Numbered from the stretch's first letter, positions 16,417-23,380 are shown. The stretch: DNA of 32,000 nt from Candidatus Velamenicoccus archaeovorus (GCF_004102945.1 NZ_CP019384.1:1290001-1322000); one strand, 5' to 3'. Translations and numbers: made by a program. The notes: generated by a model from the sequence alone, not told the origin.

Positions 16417-16600
16417 GTCGCTTGCGCTCCCCATAGGAGACAACCTACGGTTTTCTCCTATGGCGTCCGCCTTAACACTGAAGGCGGACTGTCACCTCTT
16501 TCCCTCAAAAATATGGAATTGAGGGAAGGTTTCCCTCAAACTCCCTTCATGCGTCTATGATTCAAACTCGTCTTGAACCAATACGTCGAGAAAATAAAAG
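16417..16600 (-). mobile_element. 184-nt ORF-free, hairpin-dense insert between tRNA-Phe and its duplicated 3' end (possible remnant or non-autonomous integrative element)
   Basis: It is bounded by the 30-nt direct repeat. Perfect stems lie at 16431-16463 (10 bp) and 16465-16489 (9 bp), and there is a TTCCCTCAA/TTGAGGGAA/TTCCCTCAA triad at 16500-16539. The mobile-element interpretation is inference. Confidence 0.35.
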
Positions 16601-16673
16601 TGCCCAGAGAGGGAATTGAACCCCCGACGCATGGATTTTCAGTCCATCGCTCTACCGACTGAGCTATCTGGGC
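16601..16673 (-). tRNA. tRNA-Phe (anticodon GAA), CCA not encoded
   Basis: GCCCAGATAGCTCAGTCGGTAGAGCGATGGACTGAAAATCCATGCGTCGGGGGTTCAATTCCCTCTCTGGGCA folds as a standard cloverleaf. Stems are acceptor GCCCAGA/TCTGGGC, D GCTC/GAGC and anticodon ATGGA/TCCAT, with anticodon loop CTGAAAA. Confidence 0.95.
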
Positions 16674-16742
16674 GATGATCACAAAAAACAGACTTATATC
16701 AAAATCTATGTCGGTCGGGACCGACTTCCGCCTCGGCCTTGC

Positions 16743-16773
16743 CCTCGGCCTGCCCTTCGGGCAAGGCCAGGGC
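16743..16773. repeat. 31-nt GC hairpin module identical to 9722-9752
   Basis: CCTCGGCCTGCCCTTCGGGCAAGGCCAGGGC is present here and inside repeat copy A. Confidence 0.8.
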
Positions 16774-16791
16774 GGACCAGCCTACGGCTGG

Positions 16792-16804
16792 GAGCTATCT
16801 GGGC
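16792..16804 (-). repeat. 13-nt duplicate of the tRNA-Phe 5' end
   Basis: GAGCTATCTGGGC at 16792-16804 is identical to 16661-16673. That segment is the 5' acceptor strand, U8/A9 and the 5' D-stem strand. It lies 118 nt upstream of the tRNA in tRNA orientation. Confidence 0.6.
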
Positions 16805-16828
16805 AGGACATTGCCAAAATATGCGCTA

Positions 16829-16851
16829 AAATTTTTTCGAAGAAAAAATTT
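16829..16851 (-). terminator. 10-bp A/T-only hairpin abutting the duplicated tRNA-Leu 3' end
   Basis: AAATTTTTTC (16829-16838), loop GAA, GAAAAAATTT (16842-16851), immediately next to the copy at 16852. Confidence 0.5.
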
Positions 16852-16869
16852 ATGCCGGGAGAGGGAGTT
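16852..16869 (-). repeat. 18-nt exact duplicate of the tRNA-Leu 3' end plus 1 flanking nt (att-like direct repeat)
   Basis: ATGCCGGGAGAGGGAGTT at 16852-16869 is identical to 17011-17028. The segment runs from the T loop to the discriminator, plus one trailing nt. Confidence 0.85.
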
Positions 16870-17011
16870 TTCCTCCCCCGCCTCGCATTCGCTCGGCTCC
16901 ACCGGAACCGGGCGCCCCTCGCTCGAACCAGTGGCGCTCAGGGTCGCCTTCAACTCCCGTTCTGCTGTAATCTATCCTTTTCGTCGAACACAAATACTAT
17001 AGCTAAAAAAA
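16870..17011 (-). mobile_element. 142-nt ORF-free insert between tRNA-Leu and its duplicated 3' end
   Basis: It is bounded by the 18-nt direct repeat. The end next to the tRNA is AT-rich and the distal end is GC-rich. The mobile-element interpretation is inference. Confidence 0.35.
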
Positions 17012-17095
17012 TGCCGGGAGAGGGAGTTGAACCCTCAAGCCCTTACGAGCGTAGCGCCCTGAACGCTATGTGTTTGCCAATTTCACCATCCCGGC
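17012..17095 (-). tRNA. tRNA-Leu (anticodon CAG), type II with long variable arm, CCA not encoded
   Basis: GCCGGGATGGTGAAATTGGCAAACACATAGCGTTCAGGGCGCTACGCTCGTAAGGGCTTGAGGGTTCAACTCCCTCTCCCGGCA. Stems are acceptor GCCGGGA/TCCCGGC, anticodon TAGCG/CGCTA and T GAGGG/CCCTC, with anticodon loop TTCAGGG. Confidence 0.93.
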
Positions 17096-17109
17096 GTTAA
17101 GCAGCAAAA

Positions 17110-17138
17110 AGTATAACCCGTTGCGCCCCGACTGTCAA
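17110..17138 (-). promoter_or_regulatory. sigma70-type promoter for tRNA-Leu
   Basis: On the minus strand: TTGACA (17138-17133), a 17-nt spacer, TATACT (17115-17110). The tRNA 5' end is 14 nt downstream. Confidence 0.6.
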
Positions 17139-17199
17139 ATTGTTTATGGGGTCCCGCCCGTGCTGAAGCAAGGGGTTCCCGCTCCAGCGACATACTTGA

Positions 17200-17244
17200 G
17201 CGGCCAAAGCCATCCGTGGCCTAAGGGCCGCGGTCTTTGGCCGC
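17200..17244. repeat. long GC hairpin downstream of mgtA, resembling the 3' half of the 9702/22460 repeat
   Basis: The outer stem is GCGGCCAAAG (17200-17209)/CTTTGGCCGC (17235-17244), with inner CCGTGGCC-TAAG-GGCCGCGG. It shares AGCGGCCA...CTAA(A)GGG...CTTT(A)GGCCGC with copies A and B. Confidence 0.5.
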
Positions 17245-17283
17245 ACAAGTATAGAAGCGCGCTGCCCGGAAAAAAGCCAAGGC

Positions 17284-19842
17284 CTATTCATACCCGTATT
17301 TATCTATAAATTTGCTCTTCACCGTCTGGACGACCCATAAATACGCGGCCACAATGCAGACAAGGGCCGCAAAATACAACGGCGGCGGCTGGACGAAACC
17401 GAAATATTTGGACAAGGGCGTGAAGGGGATCAAGAGGCCGATCGTAACGATATAAATCGACGAAAACATCAAGAACGGACTGGGCCTGCTTTCGACAAAC
17501 GGGATCTTGCCCGTGCGGATGACGTAGATGACCAGGGTCTGGGTGATCAGCGATTCCAAAAACCACCCTGTATGAAAAAGCTTCGGCGATGCGTTAAAAA
17601 GGAACAAAAGGACGCCGAAGGTCACAAAATCGAATACGGAACTGATGGGTCCGAAAAAAAGCATGAACTTCTTGATATAACCCACATTCCAGGGCCGGGA
17701 CCGCAGCAGATACTCATCATCGACCTCGTCGGTGGGAACGGCGATCTGTGACAGGTCGTAAAGAAAATTGTTCAAGAGGATCTGGATCGGCAGCATCGGC
17801 AGGAAAGGCAAGCAAAGGCTGGCGCCCGTCATACTGATCATGTTGCCGAAATTGGAGCTCGACCCCATCTTGATGTATTTGAGGATGTTGCCGAACGTCC
17901 TGCGGCCTTCAGTCACCCCCTCGGCCAGGACAATGAGACTCTTTTTCAACAGAATGATATCCGCCGATTCCTTGGCGATATCCACCGCATTGTTGACGGA
18001 AATGCCGACATCGGCCGCCTTCAGCGCCGCCGCGTCATTGATACCGTCCCCCAGATAGCCGACGACGTGCTTGTTTCTGTGAAGCGCCCGGATGACCCTC
18101 TCTTTTTGCAAAGGCGATAGCCGCGCAAAGACAGAAGTCACCTCCACCAGCTCCGCCAATTCCTCGTCGCTGATCTTGTCGATCGCGTCGCCCGTAGCCA
18201 GGCCCATGACACTGATGCCGACGTCGATACAAATCTTGCGCGTCACCAGCTCATTGTCTCCTGTCAGCACCTTTAATTCTATCCCCAGACGCCGCAAGGC
18301 CTCGATGGTCTTCTTGGTGGTCGGCTTTGGCGGATCCAGGAAAGCGATGTACCCCTTGAGCACCAGCCCCTGCTCGTCGTCTTTCGTATAGCGTTCTTTG
18401 GAGATGTCCATACTCCTGTAAGCGACAGCCAGGACCCTGAACCCTTCGGCGCTAAGACGGTCGCATTCTTCCTTAAGGTCCGTCAGGATCATCTGGTTGA
18501 TCTCGAGGGTCTCGCCTTCCAACTCGTAGGTCGCGCACCGCTTGAATATCTCCTCGGGAGCACCCTTGGAGATCAACGTATGCCTGCCTTCGGAGCCCAC
18601 GACAACCGACATCATCTTCCTGGAAAAATCAAACGGGATCTCGTCGATCTTGGCATAATCCTCGATCTTCAACTTCTCATGCTTCAAGATAGCCCGGTCA
18701 AGGATGTTTTTAAGGCCCGTCTGGTAATAGCTGTTGATGAAGGCCAGCTTAAGGACCTCGTCGTCTTCCTGCCTGACCACATCGCAGTGTTTCTCCAGGA
18801 CGATCCTGTCGAGTGTGAGCGTGCCGGTCTTGTCCGTGCACAAGACATTCATGGCCCCGAAATTCTGGATGGAGTTCAGCCTCTTGACGATAACGTCTTT
18901 TTTGGACATCGCCAGGGCGCCTTTGGACAGATTGATGGCGACGAGCATCGGCAGCATCTCGGGCGTGAGACCTACGGCAACGGCCAGAGAAAAAAGCAGG
19001 GCCTGAACGATGTTGCCTCTTAGGAAAGCGTTGACGGCAAATATGACGACGACCAAGATGAGCATGAAACGGATCATCAGCCACGTAAAACTGCGAATAC
19101 CTTTGTCGAAACTGCTCTCGATCTGGATGGAAGCCAACCGCCGGGAGAGCTCGCCGAACTGGGTGGCGACCCCGGTCTTCACCGCGACCCCGAGGCCGGT
19201 GCCGCTGACGACGCTGGAACCCATGAAAGCGATGTTCGTCATGTCCACCGGAGATTGCGTTTTCGGATCAGCGGGGCCCGCCGTCTTCTCGACGGGAAAG
19301 GACTCTCCCGTCAAAGACGCCTGATTGATGAAAAGATCCTTGCAGAAGATGATCCGCAGGTCCGCCGGGATCATGTCGCCGGCAAAAAGATCCACGATAT
19401 CGCCGGGGACGATCTCCCTGATCGGGATCTCCCGCGCCCGGCCGTTACGATAGACCGTTGCCGTGGCGCGGACCATCTCGCTCAATTTTTCCGCCTCGCG
19501 GCCTGCGCGGTGCTCCTGCACAAAAGACAAAAGGACGCTGATCAACGCCATCAGGACGACAAGAAGAGCGCTGATCTTCTCTCCGAAAAACAGGGAAAAA
19601 CCGGCAATCACCAGAAGGACGATGACGAGAGGATTTAAAAACCTGGAAAGGATCTCGAAAAGAACGGCCCTCTTTTTCTTTTTGGCGGGTTCGTTGTAAC
19701 CGTAGACCGACAGACGCTCCCGGGCCTCATGATCCGTCAGCCCTTTTTGGGACGTGGCGAACTTCTCGAAAAGCGCTTCGTGGGCGCAACGGGCGTAATC
19801 GAAATCGGAAAGGCCGGAGATAAGAGATAGTTTGTTGTCCAT
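17284..19842 (-). CDS. mgtA: magnesium-translocating P-type ATPase
   Basis: 852 aa with CTDKTGTLT (phosphorylation site), TGDN and GDGINDAAAL. Overall architecture and termini are MgtA/MgtB-like. Confidence 0.92.
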   Translation of the reverse strand: MDNKLSLISGLSDFDYARCAHEALFEKFATSQKGLTDHEARERLSVYGYNEPAKKKKRAVLFEILSRFLNPLVIVLLVIAGFSLFFGEKISALLVVLMALISVLLSFVQEHRAGREAEKLSEMVRATATVYRNGRAREIPIREIVPGDIVDLFAGDMIPADLRIIFCKDLFINQASLTGESFPVEKTAGPADPKTQSPVDMTNIAFMGSSVVSGTGLGVAVKTGVATQFGELSRRLASIQIESSFDKGIRSFTWLMIRFMLILVVVIFAVNAFLRGNIVQALLFSLAVAVGLTPEMLPMLVAINLSKGALAMSKKDVIVKRLNSIQNFGAMNVLCTDKTGTLTLDRIVLEKHCDVVRQEDDEVLKLAFINSYYQTGLKNILDRAILKHEKLKIEDYAKIDEIPFDFSRKMMSVVVGSEGRHTLISKGAPEEIFKRCATYELEGETLEINQMILTDLKEECDRLSAEGFRVLAVAYRSMDISKERYTKDDEQGLVLKGYIAFLDPPKPTTKKTIEALRRLGIELKVLTGDNELVTRKICIDVGISVMGLATGDAIDKISDEELAELVEVTSVFARLSPLQKERVIRALHRNKHVVGYLGDGINDAAALKAADVGISVNNAVDIAKESADIILLKKSLIVLAEGVTEGRRTFGNILKYIKMGSSSNFGNMISMTGASLCLPFLPMLPIQILLNNFLYDLSQIAVPTDEVDDEYLLRSRPWNVGYIKKFMLFFGPISSVFDFVTFGVLLFLFNASPKLFHTGWFLESLITQTLVIYVIRTGKIPFVESRPSPFLMFSSIYIVTIGLLIPFTPLSKYFGFVQPPPLYFAALVCIVAAYLWVVQTVKSKFIDKYGYE

Positions 19843-19844
19843 GC

Positions 19845-21167
19845 TTAAAGGGTATCGATAAAATCGTCAAAATCGATATTCTCGCCGAGGGCTTCTTTGG
19901 TCGCCCGGATCCTGCGACCGTAGCCGGGATGGGTCTTAAAATAAGACAGGGCCTGCGGGGGCTCCTTCTTCTGCCTCTTGCGGAGTTTGTCCAGAAACTC
20001 AATCATCCCCTGGGGGTTATATCCCGCCCTCTTGGCGTAAATCGCGCCCATCCCGTCGGCCGTAAGCTCGTCTTCCTGGGAATAGCCGGAAAGCAAAAAA
20101 GCGTAGGCCATCTGCACGCCCTGCGCCGCTTCCGCATTTTTCGTCGCGCCGGCGAGGATCGTCAGGATATTATAGCCCCAGATCGCCTGGAGGCGCTTGA
20201 TGCTGTGGCGCGCCACGATATGCGCCACCTCGTGGGCGACGACAGCGGCCAGCTCATCGTCCGTATCCGCCACCGTCATCAGATTCTTGAAAATATAGAT
20301 GTAGCCGCCCGGCAGAGAAACCGCGTTCACGAGGTCTTTGTCCTTCGGGTCCTCGATGATGCGGAAGCGGTATGTCAGGTCGTGGCGGTCGCTGGCCTGG
20401 GCGACCTTGGCGCCGACGCGATCCAGGCGCTCGTTCATCTGGGGATCCTGGACGACCGTATAATTCTTCTCGACCTGCGCGGCCAGGGAATCGCCGATGG
20501 CCACCTCCCTTTCCGTCGAATACATCATCGTATCTTCTTTGTGCGTCGCCAGGTTGTATTCCGTCGAGCAGCCATTGACGGCAAAACCGCACAATACCAG
20601 CAAAAGAGAAACGCCGAATTTCTTGAGCATTACGCGCAGCCGGGCGATCGGCAGACCCACCACATTGAAATAGCATCCGCGGATACGACGGATGAACGAC
20701 CCTCCCAGGCCCTGGACATCGAAACCTCCCGCCTTGTCCAAAGGCGAGACCTTGCGGAAATACTGCGCGATCTCCCGGTCGCTCAAAGGCTCCATCTCGA
20801 TGCGCGTCTCTTCTACTTCCGTCATCTCCCGCCCGCTGGCGGCATCGATGACGGCGATGCCGGTATAAAGGACATGGGGCCTATGCGAGAGTCTCTTGAG
20901 CATCGCGCGCGCCTCTTTCAATGACGCGGGCTTGCCGAAAGCCCTGCCATCCTGCCAGACAAGGGTATCGCATCCGACGACAATCCCCTTCTTGACGCGC
21001 CGAGCCGCGTCGCGTGCTTTCAGCAAGGCATTGGCCGCCACCGTCCGCGCCGGATGCCGCACAGCGTCCGCATGCTCTTTGACGCGCGCAGGCATCACCC
21101 TGAATTTCACGCCGAGAGCCTCGAGCAATTTTTTCCTGGCCTTGGATTTCGAAGCAAGGATCAACAT
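19845..21167 (-). CDS. single ORF: Maf-like nucleoside-triphosphate pyrophosphatase fused in frame to an M48-family metallopeptidase lipoprotein
   Basis: The N-terminal ~185 aa are Maf-like (LILASKSKARKKLL...GGFDVQGLGGSFIRRIRGCYFNVVGLPIARL). An internal ATG at 20630 then opens MLKKFGVSLLLVLCGFAVNGC (lipoprotein-type signal), followed by an M48 domain with HEVAHIVARH. No stop codon separates the two parts. I chose the start at ATG 21167, 8 nt after a GGAGG. The M48 part may also be translated on its own from 20630. Confidence 0.8.
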   Translation of the reverse strand: MLILASKSKARKKLLEALGVKFRVMPARVKEHADAVRHPARTVAANALLKARDAARRVKKGIVVGCDTLVWQDGRAFGKPASLKEARAMLKRLSHRPHVLYTGIAVIDAASGREMTEVEETRIEMEPLSDREIAQYFRKVSPLDKAGGFDVQGLGGSFIRRIRGCYFNVVGLPIARLRVMLKKFGVSLLLVLCGFAVNGCSTEYNLATHKEDTMMYSTEREVAIGDSLAAQVEKNYTVVQDPQMNERLDRVGAKVAQASDRHDLTYRFRIIEDPKDKDLVNAVSLPGGYIYIFKNLMTVADTDDELAAVVAHEVAHIVARHSIKRLQAIWGYNILTILAGATKNAEAAQGVQMAYAFLLSGYSQEDELTADGMGAIYAKRAGYNPQGMIEFLDKLRKRQKKEPPQALSYFKTHPGYGRRIRATKEALGENIDFDDFIDTL

Positions 21168-21199
21168 AACCATCGCCTCCAAAACTCAGAATTATCGCG

Positions 21200-22450
21200 T
21201 CAGTATTTCGCGTTCAACGCCGCGGATTCGCCGGCCACAAAACCCGTTGAAAACGCCGCCTGAAGATTGTAGCCGCCGCTGGAAGCCGCCAGATCCAGCA
21301 CCTCTCCGCAAAAATACAACCCCGGCACGAGGCGCGACTCCATCGTCTTGGGATTGATCTCTTTCAAGGACACGCCGCCACAGGTCACCATCGCCTCGTC
21401 GATGGGCCTGGCCCGATGGACCGTAAAAGAAAAACCTTTCAGGGACGCGGCCAGGCGCCGGCGCTCCTGCACCGTCACCTGATGACACTTCTTGCCGGCA
21501 TCCACAGCGGCCTGTGCCGCGACAACGCCGACCATCCGTTGCGGCAGCAGATTCTTGAGATAATTTCCGACGCCGGTATTGGCGGCCGCGCGCAACTCCG
21601 CCTGCAATTTCTTATCCAACTCTCCGAGGGCCAGGCCCGGCTTGAGATCCAGTAAAACCCCGACGCCTCCTTTTTCCAGCCAGGCCACGACAGAAACGCT
21701 ATGATCCAGGACGAGGGGGCCCGAGACCCCGAAATGCGTAAAAAGGAGTTCGCCGACAGGTGTTTCGAGCTTGCAAGACCCTTGTGAGAATATAAGCCGG
21801 ATATTTTTGAGCGTCAATCCCTGAAGGTCTTTGACAAACCCTTCGCGCGTCTCCAAAGGGACAAGGCCGGCCCTCAACGGCACCACGGTATGCCCCAGGT
21901 CTCCGGCCCAGGTAAAACCGTCTCCGGTCGAACCCGTCTGAGGATAGGAGGCGCCGCCTGTGGCGATGATCAACAGGCGGCACTCCAAAGACGATCCATC
22001 GTCGAAAATAACGGTCTTTGTGCCGCCGTCAAGCCCGACCTTCCGGACATGACGCCCCAGGCGGACATCCACAGACAGCTTCTTCAATTCAGAGGACAGG
22101 ACGGCGATGATGCTGGAGGAAGAATCGGTGGTCGGGAAAACACGGCCCTGACGCTCCTTTTTGAGCTTGAGGCCGCGGTCCTCAAAAAACGCCGTCAGGT
22201 CCTCCGAGAAAAAACGGCCGAAGGCATTGCGCAAAAACAGGCCGTTGGCCCCGAAACGGCGGCAAAATTCATCGACGGGCGCCTCGTTCGTCAGATTGCA
22301 GCGGCCCTTGCCCGTCAGACCGAGCTTGCGGGCAAGGCTGGCGTTCCTTTCAAGCAAGACCACCGCAGGCACTTTCAAGTCTGCCGCGCGGCAGGCAGCC
22401 ATGATGCCGGCTGGACCACCTCCAATGATCACGATCGGATGATAATCCAT
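21200..22450 (-). CDS. FAD-dependent oxidoreductase, HI0933/YhiN (BaiN-like) family
   Basis: MDYHPIVIIGGGPAGIMAA (dinucleotide-binding motif) ...GKGRCNLTN... is typical of the HI0933 family. The start is ATG 22450; the track extension to 22531 runs into repeat copy B. Confidence 0.88.
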   Translation of the reverse strand: MDYHPIVIIGGGPAGIMAACRAADLKVPAVVLLERNASLARKLGLTGKGRCNLTNEAPVDEFCRRFGANGLFLRNAFGRFFSEDLTAFFEDRGLKLKKERQGRVFPTTDSSSSIIAVLSSELKKLSVDVRLGRHVRKVGLDGGTKTVIFDDGSSLECRLLIIATGGASYPQTGSTGDGFTWAGDLGHTVVPLRAGLVPLETREGFVKDLQGLTLKNIRLIFSQGSCKLETPVGELLFTHFGVSGPLVLDHSVSVVAWLEKGGVGVLLDLKPGLALGELDKKLQAELRAAANTGVGNYLKNLLPQRMVGVVAAQAAVDAGKKCHQVTVQERRRLAASLKGFSFTVHRARPIDEAMVTCGGVSLKEINPKTMESRLVPGLYFCGEVLDLAASSGGYNLQAAFSTGFVAGESAALNAKY

Positions 22451-22459
22451 GGCGTCTCT

Positions 22460-22573
22460 AGTCAACCCATATTCCCCGGCCCAAAGGCCCAAATGCCGGG
22501 GCTTGTTTCGGGTACCTCTAAGCGGCCACAAAATTCTCAGCCCTAAAGGGCGGAGCCTTAGGCCGCGCAGAGT
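22460..22573. repeat. structured intergenic repeat, copy B (114 nt)
   Basis: It aligns with 9702-9830 in the same orientation. The variable hairpin here is CCCCGGC (22474-22480)/GCCGGGG (22495-22501). The repeat ends 9 nt from the flavoprotein start codon. Confidence 0.75.
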
Positions 22574-22611
22574 AAATAAGTAACGGATTTGGTTTAGGCG
22601 GAGGGTTTTTT

Positions 22612-22640
22612 AGCGGCTGCCGGCGTAGCCGGCACCCGCT
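22612..22640. repeat. 13-bp GC hairpin (one mismatch)
   Basis: AGCGGCTGCCGGC-GTA-GCCGGCACCCGCT. The T-run lies on the wrong side for a canonical terminator in either direction. Confidence 0.4.
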
Positions 22641-22653
22641 GATTATAAAGATT

Positions 22654-22697
22654 AAAAAAGATTACACTGATAAAATTTTGTCACTATCGGTGTAATC
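22654..22697 (-). terminator. candidate pyrE terminator (AT-rich extended hairpin followed by a T-run on the minus strand)
   Basis: GATTACAC (22660-22667)/GTGTAATC (22690-22697) encloses a TGATAA-AATT-TTGTCA inner stem. It is followed on the minus strand by TTTTTT (22659-22654). Confidence 0.5.
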
Positions 22698-22717
22698 GCA
22701 TTTTAAAATCTGTGTCA

Positions 22718-23305
22718 TCAAGACCGTTTCTGGTCTTTGACCGGTCTGTATTTTTCAGAGAAGAATTCGCTGGCCTTGAAGACGGACACAAGCTCACAGC
22801 CGAGCTTGGCCAGGTTCTCTTGCGCCCCTTCTTCCCTGTCGACGATCACGATGGCCTTGCGGACCGGGATATCCATCTTTTTCAAGACCTCGATGGCGTC
22901 GATGAGGGAGCCGCCGGTCGTCGCCACGTCATCCAGAAGAACGACCTCATCGCCGGCCTTCAGGGTGGGCCCTTCGACCTGGAGCATCCGGCCGTGGCTC
23001 TTGGGATTTTTACGGATAAGGAAGGTGTTGATAGGAAGATCACTCTGAAAACTGACCAGCGCCAGCGCCCCGACAATAGGATCAGCCCCAAGCGTCGGGC
23101 CGCCGGCCGCATGCACCTCAAGCTCGCGGATCATGTCGAAGACAATATGGCCGACCAGGTAAGCCCCTTGAGCGCTTAAGGTTACGGCGCGCGCGTCGAT
23201 GTAATAATGACTCATCTTGCCGCTGGCGAGCTTGATCTCGCCCTCATGATAGGCCTTTTCTTTCATCAATGCGAACAACTGTTTTTTAAGAAGGGCGGGC
23301 TCCAT
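22718..23305 (-). CDS. pyrE: orotate phosphoribosyltransferase
   Basis: 195 aa with a PRPP-binding motif (VVLLDDVATTGGS) and a PyrE-like N-terminus (...GEIKLASGKMSHYYID). Confidence 0.95.
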   Translation of the reverse strand: MEPALLKKQLFALMKEKAYHEGEIKLASGKMSHYYIDARAVTLSAQGAYLVGHIVFDMIRELEVHAAGGPTLGADPIVGALALVSFQSDLPINTFLIRKNPKSHGRMLQVEGPTLKAGDEVVLLDDVATTGGSLIDAIEVLKKMDIPVRKAIVIVDREEGAQENLAKLGCELVSVFKASEFFSEKYRPVKDQKRS

Positions 23306-23313
23306 AGGCGCTT

Positions 23314-23342
23314 ATTGTACTGGCAAAGGGCATAGATGTCAA
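23314..23342 (-). promoter_or_regulatory. sigma70-type promoter 8 nt from the pyrE ATG (leaderless or near-leaderless candidate)
   Basis: On the minus strand: TTGACA (23342-23337), a 17-nt spacer, TACAAT (23319-23314), then AAGCGCCT and the ATG (23305). Confidence 0.55.
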
Positions 23343-23380
23343 CTGGCGTTATGCGCCCCCGACACAGAACAAAGGGTTCA

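Noticed and set aside
16387-16673. Intron-containing or split tRNA-Phe (group I intron in a tRNA gene)
   Set aside because: The tRNA at 16601-16673 is contiguous and folds completely on its own. The extra 30-mer duplicates the 3' part and lies downstream of the mature 3' end rather than in the anticodon loop. The 184-nt spacer is also shorter than typical group I introns, and I saw no P/Q/R/S-like core.
22460-22640. Mg2+-sensing leader (M-box or mgtA-type) for the operon ending in mgtA
   Set aside because: The same element occurs between argS and recJ (9702-9830), which have nothing to do with magnesium. mgtA is also two genes further downstream, and I could not find M-box conserved cores.
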